From a virus: DNA of 64,000 nucleotides. Position numbers and translations under genes: made by a program. The notes below the pieces were generated by a model. That model was given only the letters and a program-made list of their open reading frames with translations, had not been told where the DNA came from and made no database searches. The stretch is taken from the IMG/VR virus record IMGVR_UViG_3300036820_000001; one strand, given 5' to 3'. Shown here in pieces: positions 60,155 through 64,000 of this stretch (its first letter is position 1; every line of letters starts with the position of its first letter).

Positions 60155-62802
60155 CCGCGGCGGCCAACACCGGCTACGTCACCAGCTCGGAGGAGCTGTC
60201 GGCCATGGCGGTCAAGATGGTCAGCGTCGGGCGGCCGATCTCCCTCGACTGCGAGACGGGGTACGAGGGCGAGGCGCGCAGCTACAAGAACACCAGCCCG
60301 TCGCTGCACCCGGAGGAGTCCGTCCTGGCCGGGTTCAACTTCACCAACGCGGCGAGCTGGGCCAGGTATGCGCCGGTGTTCCATGACGAGACGCGCTACA
60401 ACCTGGACCCGCGGCGGGCGGCGGAGGCGCTGTGGCTGATATGCAGGTCGGGCCTGGTGGTCGTACACAACGCGGACATGGAGGAGCGCACGCTGTCGCG
60501 GTTCCTGCTGCGCTACCTGGGCGACCACCCGGAGTATGGGTCTGCGGTGCGCGCGAGCAGGGGCTACTTCCCGCTGCGGTCGGACACCATGATGGAATGC
60601 CACGCCCTGGCGCAGTGGCGGTCGATCGCCCTGAAGTCGCTTAGCTGGGACGTGTTCGGCTACAAGCAGACTGAGCTGATCGAGCTGTTCAACGAGGTGG
60701 TGTACGGGCAGCAGGGCAAGAAACTACCGGCGAACAAGCGCTACCAGCTGCGGTTCAACCTGCTGGACCCGTCTGACCCCAGGGTGTTCGGCTACGCGTG
60801 CGATGACGCCATCCAGACCTGGCGGCTGCACGACCGGCACTACGAGTCGGTCAAGGACAACTTCATCTACTGGCTGGAGATGAACGTCTGGCCGATCGTG
60901 TGGGCCATGGAGGATGAGGGCCTGGAGGTTGACTGGGACTTCCTCGATGAGGCCAAGGTGCGGGCCAGGGTGTTCCACGCGCGGATGCAGGGCGGCATGC
61001 AGACGCACCTGACCGAGCGGCTCGACCGGATCGTCAAGTTCAACCCGAACAGCTTCCAGCAGATCGGCAAGATTCTGTACTCGCCAGCGCCTGAGGGCCT
61101 GGGCCTGCGCACGCACATCATGACCAAGGGCAAAAAGGACGGCTCTGATAAGAAAATGTCCACCAGCGCCATCGCGCTCAAGGGACTCGGGGCCGACACG
61201 TTCGTCAAGCGGCTGCAGGACTACCGGGGTATGTCCAAGCTGCTGGGCACCTACCTGGAGACGTTCCGGCGCGAGTTCGGCTGGTGCGAGTGCGGGCGGG
61301 CGCACTGCCACCTGCTGCCGCACGGCACCTTCACCGGCCGGTTCAGCTCGTCCGACTTCAACTACCAGAACCTGCCCAAGAAATACCACTACGAGTGCGA
61401 CGGCGAGACGTTCGACTTCAACTTCCGCGACTGCGTGACGGTGCCGGACGGCTGGTGGGGGATGGGGTTCGACATCAGCCAGGGGGAGCTGCGGATCATC
61501 GCGGCCGAGGCGGGCGAGCAGGCGATGCTGGAGGCGTTCGGCCGCGGCGAGGACCTGCACGCCCTGACGGCTTCGCGGCTGCTGCACATCACCGTGGATG
61601 AGGTCTACGCGGGGGGCGAGCTGTTCGGCAAGCCGTGGAACCCGGACAGCGGCGGGTTCCGGCCGTTCGGCAAGACGATGAACTTCGCGCTGGGCTACCA
61701 GCTGACGGTGCAGGGCCTGGCCGACCGGCTCGCGTGCGAGGTCGATGAGGCGCAGGAGGCGTGGGACGGGTACTTCGCCGCCTACCCGGCCATCGCCGCG
61801 TGGACGCGGATGACGGTGGCGGACTCCAAGGTCAACGGCTACACCATGAGCCGGCTGGGGCGGCGCCATCCGATCTGGGCGTACGGGGCGGGCAAGGACT
61901 GCAAGTGGTGCCGCCCTGGGTACATGTGCAAGCAGCACCGGGCCGAGTACGCGGGCGGCGAGCGCACCGCGGGCAACGCGCCCATCCAGGGGGCGCTGGC
62001 GGACATGATGAAGCTGATCATGATCCGCTGCCACGCGGCTCTCAAGGCGGCCGGGCTGCTGGACAGCGTGCGCCTGGTCATGAACATCCACGACGCGCTG
62101 GAGTTCTACGTCCGTAAGGACGTGGCTCCGCAGCTGGTGATCGACGTGCTGACCCCGGCCATCGTCGCCAAAACTGAGTGGACGGCGCACTGGCCGGTGA
62201 TGCAGCCTGACTGGCACATGTTCCAACGGTGGGGGTCGCAGACTGAGCTGAAGCTGGACGAGAACAACCAGCTGATCGGGCTCGGGGCTGTCCTCGATAT
62301 CGGGATGCAGGAAGAGGATGATGAAGAGGATGACGCGGATGCGCCCTTGGCTCCCGCTACGCCGGGCACGCTGGCTGACGCGGCGTCGGCGGCGCATGTA
62401 ACCGACCTGCCCACGGCCGGCGAGGCGGCTTCCCGGGCGGCGCGCGCTCCGCACGTCGGCATGGTGGTCATCCGGGTGGCGGAGATGCCGGACATGGCGT
62501 CATGGCAGCGGTTCCTGCTGCTGATGGCGGAGTCCCCTGGCCCGAACGTCCTGCTCTTGCAGACGCCGGCTGGCTCCACCACGATCAGCTCCGGGTCATC
62601 GCTGTCCCCGGACGACTCGGCCAGGATCAGCGTCGTGCTCGGCGGGGCTGAGGTGTTCTGGGACACCGCGACGGTAGACAATGATGCGCTGGCCGATGGG
62701 CTGTCGCTGTTACGGGAGGTGGGGGCATGGAAGTCAGGCAGGGGATCGCCACGCAGTACGGGGCGGAGAAGTTCGACGTCACGCTTGACGAGACGGATCT
62801 AG
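60151..62802 (+). CDS. family A DNA polymerase (Pol I-like) with 3'-5' exonuclease domain and acidic C-terminal extension
   Basis: Exo motifs ISLDCET, VVHNADMEE and YACDDA. Pol motif A DISQGELRIIA, motif B RPFGKTMNFALGYQ, motif C VMNIHDALEF. Confidence 0.9.
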   Translation: MTAAANTGYVTSSEELSAMAVKMVSVGRPISLDCETGYEGEARSYKNTSPSLHPEESVLAGFNFTNAASWARYAPVFHDETRYNLDPRRAAEALWLICRSGLVVVHNADMEERTLSRFLLRYLGDHPEYGSAVRASRGYFPLRSDTMMECHALAQWRSIALKSLSWDVFGYKQTELIELFNEVVYGQQGKKLPANKRYQLRFNLLDPSDPRVFGYACDDAIQTWRLHDRHYESVKDNFIYWLEMNVWPIVWAMEDEGLEVDWDFLDEAKVRARVFHARMQGGMQTHLTERLDRIVKFNPNSFQQIGKILYSPAPEGLGLRTHIMTKGKKDGSDKKMSTSAIALKGLGADTFVKRLQDYRGMSKLLGTYLETFRREFGWCECGRAHCHLLPHGTFTGRFSSSDFNYQNLPKKYHYECDGETFDFNFRDCVTVPDGWWGMGFDISQGELRIIAAEAGEQAMLEAFGRGEDLHALTASRLLHITVDEVYAGGELFGKPWNPDSGGFRPFGKTMNFALGYQLTVQGLADRLACEVDEAQEAWDGYFAAYPAIAAWTRMTVADSKVNGYTMSRLGRRHPIWAYGAGKDCKWCRPGYMCKQHRAEYAGGERTAGNAPIQGALADMMKLIMIRCHAALKAAGLLDSVRLVMNIHDALEFYVRKDVAPQLVIDVLTPAIVAKTEWTAHWPVMQPDWHMFQRWGSQTELKLDENNQLIGLGAVLDIGMQEEDDEEDDADAPLAPATPGTLADAASAAHVTDLPTAGEAASRAARAPHVGMVVIRVAEMPDMASWQRFLLLMAESPGPNVLLLQTPAGSTTISSGSSLSPDDSARISVVLGGAEVFWDTATVDNDALADGLSLLREVGAWKSGRGSPRSTGRRSSTSRLTRRI

Positions 62803-63047
62803 TGCGGCTGGCCAACGAGTACGGGTTCTACGCCACGCCAGGTGAGAACGGGATCGACATCAAGAGTGCGTTCGTGCTGCTCACGCTGGAGGCGGAGCGG
62901 TTCGTGCTGGTGCAGTCCCCCAAGTTCGGCCGGGACGTGGCGGTGGTTCGCAGCCAGCTGGTGGACAACCGGGAGCAGTTCGCGCAGGTCCTGGTCGGTG
63001 TCACCGGCCTGGAGCTGGAGGAGTGCAGGAAGCGGGCTGGTCTGTGA
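62727..63047 (+). CDS. hypothetical protein
   Basis: Track ORF with a GGGAGGTGGGGG RBS. Overlaps the last 76 nt of the polymerase gene. Confidence 0.5.
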   Translation: MEVRQGIATQYGAEKFDVTLDETDLVRLANEYGFYATPGENGIDIKSAFVLLTLEAERFVLVQSPKFGRDVAVVRSQLVDNREQFAQVLVGVTGLELEECRKRAGL

Positions 63048-63562
63048 CCGAGCCTGCACCGCCGCCGTCGCTGGAGGAGCAGGCGGCCAACTGCAAGGCC
63101 AACGCCGAGCACTGGCGCGGCCTGGTCAAGGCGGCGTTCGCGCAGGCGCGCGAGACGGGAACGCTGATGGCCTACCGGCAGGCGCTGGAGTACGTGCGCG
63201 CGGTGCAGGACAACATGGAGGAGTACGTCTCGCTGGCCATATCGGTCCGGGGCGCGCTCGGCCGGGGGGCGATGGACGCCCAGCTCACCTACGATGAGGC
63301 GTGGGCGCAGCAGGCCGACCTCCACAGCAGGACCGGCGTGCGCCGCGGCGAGGAGATGGAAGGGCCGCGCGAGCGCTACGCCCGGTGGGACGTTAAGGTG
63401 TTCGCGCAGCTGCGGGCGGCCCGGCAGGCGGAGAAGCAGAAGGCTCTGGCGCAGGAGCTGCTGGACGACATGTGGCTGCGGTACCGTGCTATCAACGCGA
63501 CGCGCGAGGACATCGCCCAGGTGCTGCGCAGCTACGCGTTCGAGTCCAGCTTGGAGCGGTGA
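63044..63562 (+). CDS. hypothetical protein
   Basis: GTGA overlap start inside track ORF 63023. Confidence 0.55.
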   Translation: MTEPAPPPSLEEQAANCKANAEHWRGLVKAAFAQARETGTLMAYRQALEYVRAVQDNMEEYVSLAISVRGALGRGAMDAQLTYDEAWAQQADLHSRTGVRRGEEMEGPRERYARWDVKVFAQLRAARQAEKQKALAQELLDDMWLRYRAINATREDIAQVLRSYAFESSLER

Positions 63563-63729
63563 TGGACGTACGGAGCACGGTGGACCTGCCTAACGGCGGG
63601 ACGATGACGGTCGGGCTGGACAACGGGACGATGAGCGCGCACTACACCGGGCCGGTGTCGCGGGCGGTGGCGCTGATGATCATCCGGGAGAACTCGGCCA
63701 AGGCACCGACCGACCTGGTTGAGGGATGA
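63562..63729 (+). CDS. hypothetical protein (55 aa)
   Basis: TGATG-coupled start inside track ORF 63472. Confidence 0.4.
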   Translation: MDVRSTVDLPNGGTMTVGLDNGTMSAHYTGPVSRAVALMIIRENSAKAPTDLVEG

Positions 63730-64000
63730 AGTGCGCCGAGTGTAAGCGGGACATCCGCCGCGGCGTGGAAGAGGCCAAGCGGGTGGAGTACCGGCGGCAG
63801 CCTGACCAGACGGTCAAGGTGTTCGGCTACCAGATGCCGGACGGCTCGCTGGAGGCGGCGACGGGCATCCTGGTCAAGGTCATCCACTCCAAGCACTACT
63901 GGGCGCAGCACAAGGCGCAGCAGCGCGGCGGGCCGCACGCGGGCGGGGCGATCACGGCGTACGAGGACGACGACTCGATAGAAAAGCCATTATGGGAGAC
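63726..64000 (+). CDS. hypothetical protein, 3' end outside window (CAEC zinc-ribbon-like N-terminus)
   Basis: ATGA-coupled ATG. The frame stays open to the window edge. Confidence 0.5.
   Translation, partial: MKCAECKRDIRRGVEEAKRVEYRRQPDQTVKVFGYQMPDGSLEAATGILVKVIHSKHYWAQHKAQQRGGPHAGGAITAYEDDDSIEKPLWE

Noticed and set aside
1-64000. Integrase, excision or attachment sites, transposases, rRNA or a CRISPR-cas locus.
   Set aside because: I found no tyrosine or serine recombinase motifs, no terminal direct repeats and no rRNA-like stretches. The HTH protein at 50963 is excisionase-like in fold only, so prophage versus free phage status cannot be decided from this window.

Overview
High-GC (about 68-72% by eye) actinobacterial siphovirus-type phage or prophage segment. 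Genes are tightly packed and almost all on the + strand, with dozens of ATGA/GTGA stop-start overlaps. I could support only two minus-strand genes. Layout: (1) 1-19.6 kb holds the tape-measure C-terminus, a Dit-like gene, a 1901-aa minor tail protein, small envelope-targeted genes, a SAM methyltransferase, a lysin-like hydrolase, an orphan Phd/YefM antitoxin and two fibre-like genes. (2) 19.6-25.9 kb holds short operons of small genes, each behind a conserved ~47-bp promoter/operator-like element, ending in an Ltp-like and a PASTA membrane protein. (3) 25.9-37.1 kb holds giant fibre-like genes built on a short S-x-D-x-G-T-G-x-E repeat that I cannot assign to a named family, flanking a low-GC island. 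(4) 37-64 kb is a replication and transcription module: MazG, SNF2 helicase, two sigma-like factors, DnaB, a primase zinc finger, delta/delta'-like clamp-loader proteins and a family A polymerase. No rRNA, canonical tRNA, CRISPR array, integrase or transposase was seen. All product calls come from my own motif recognition, not from searches.
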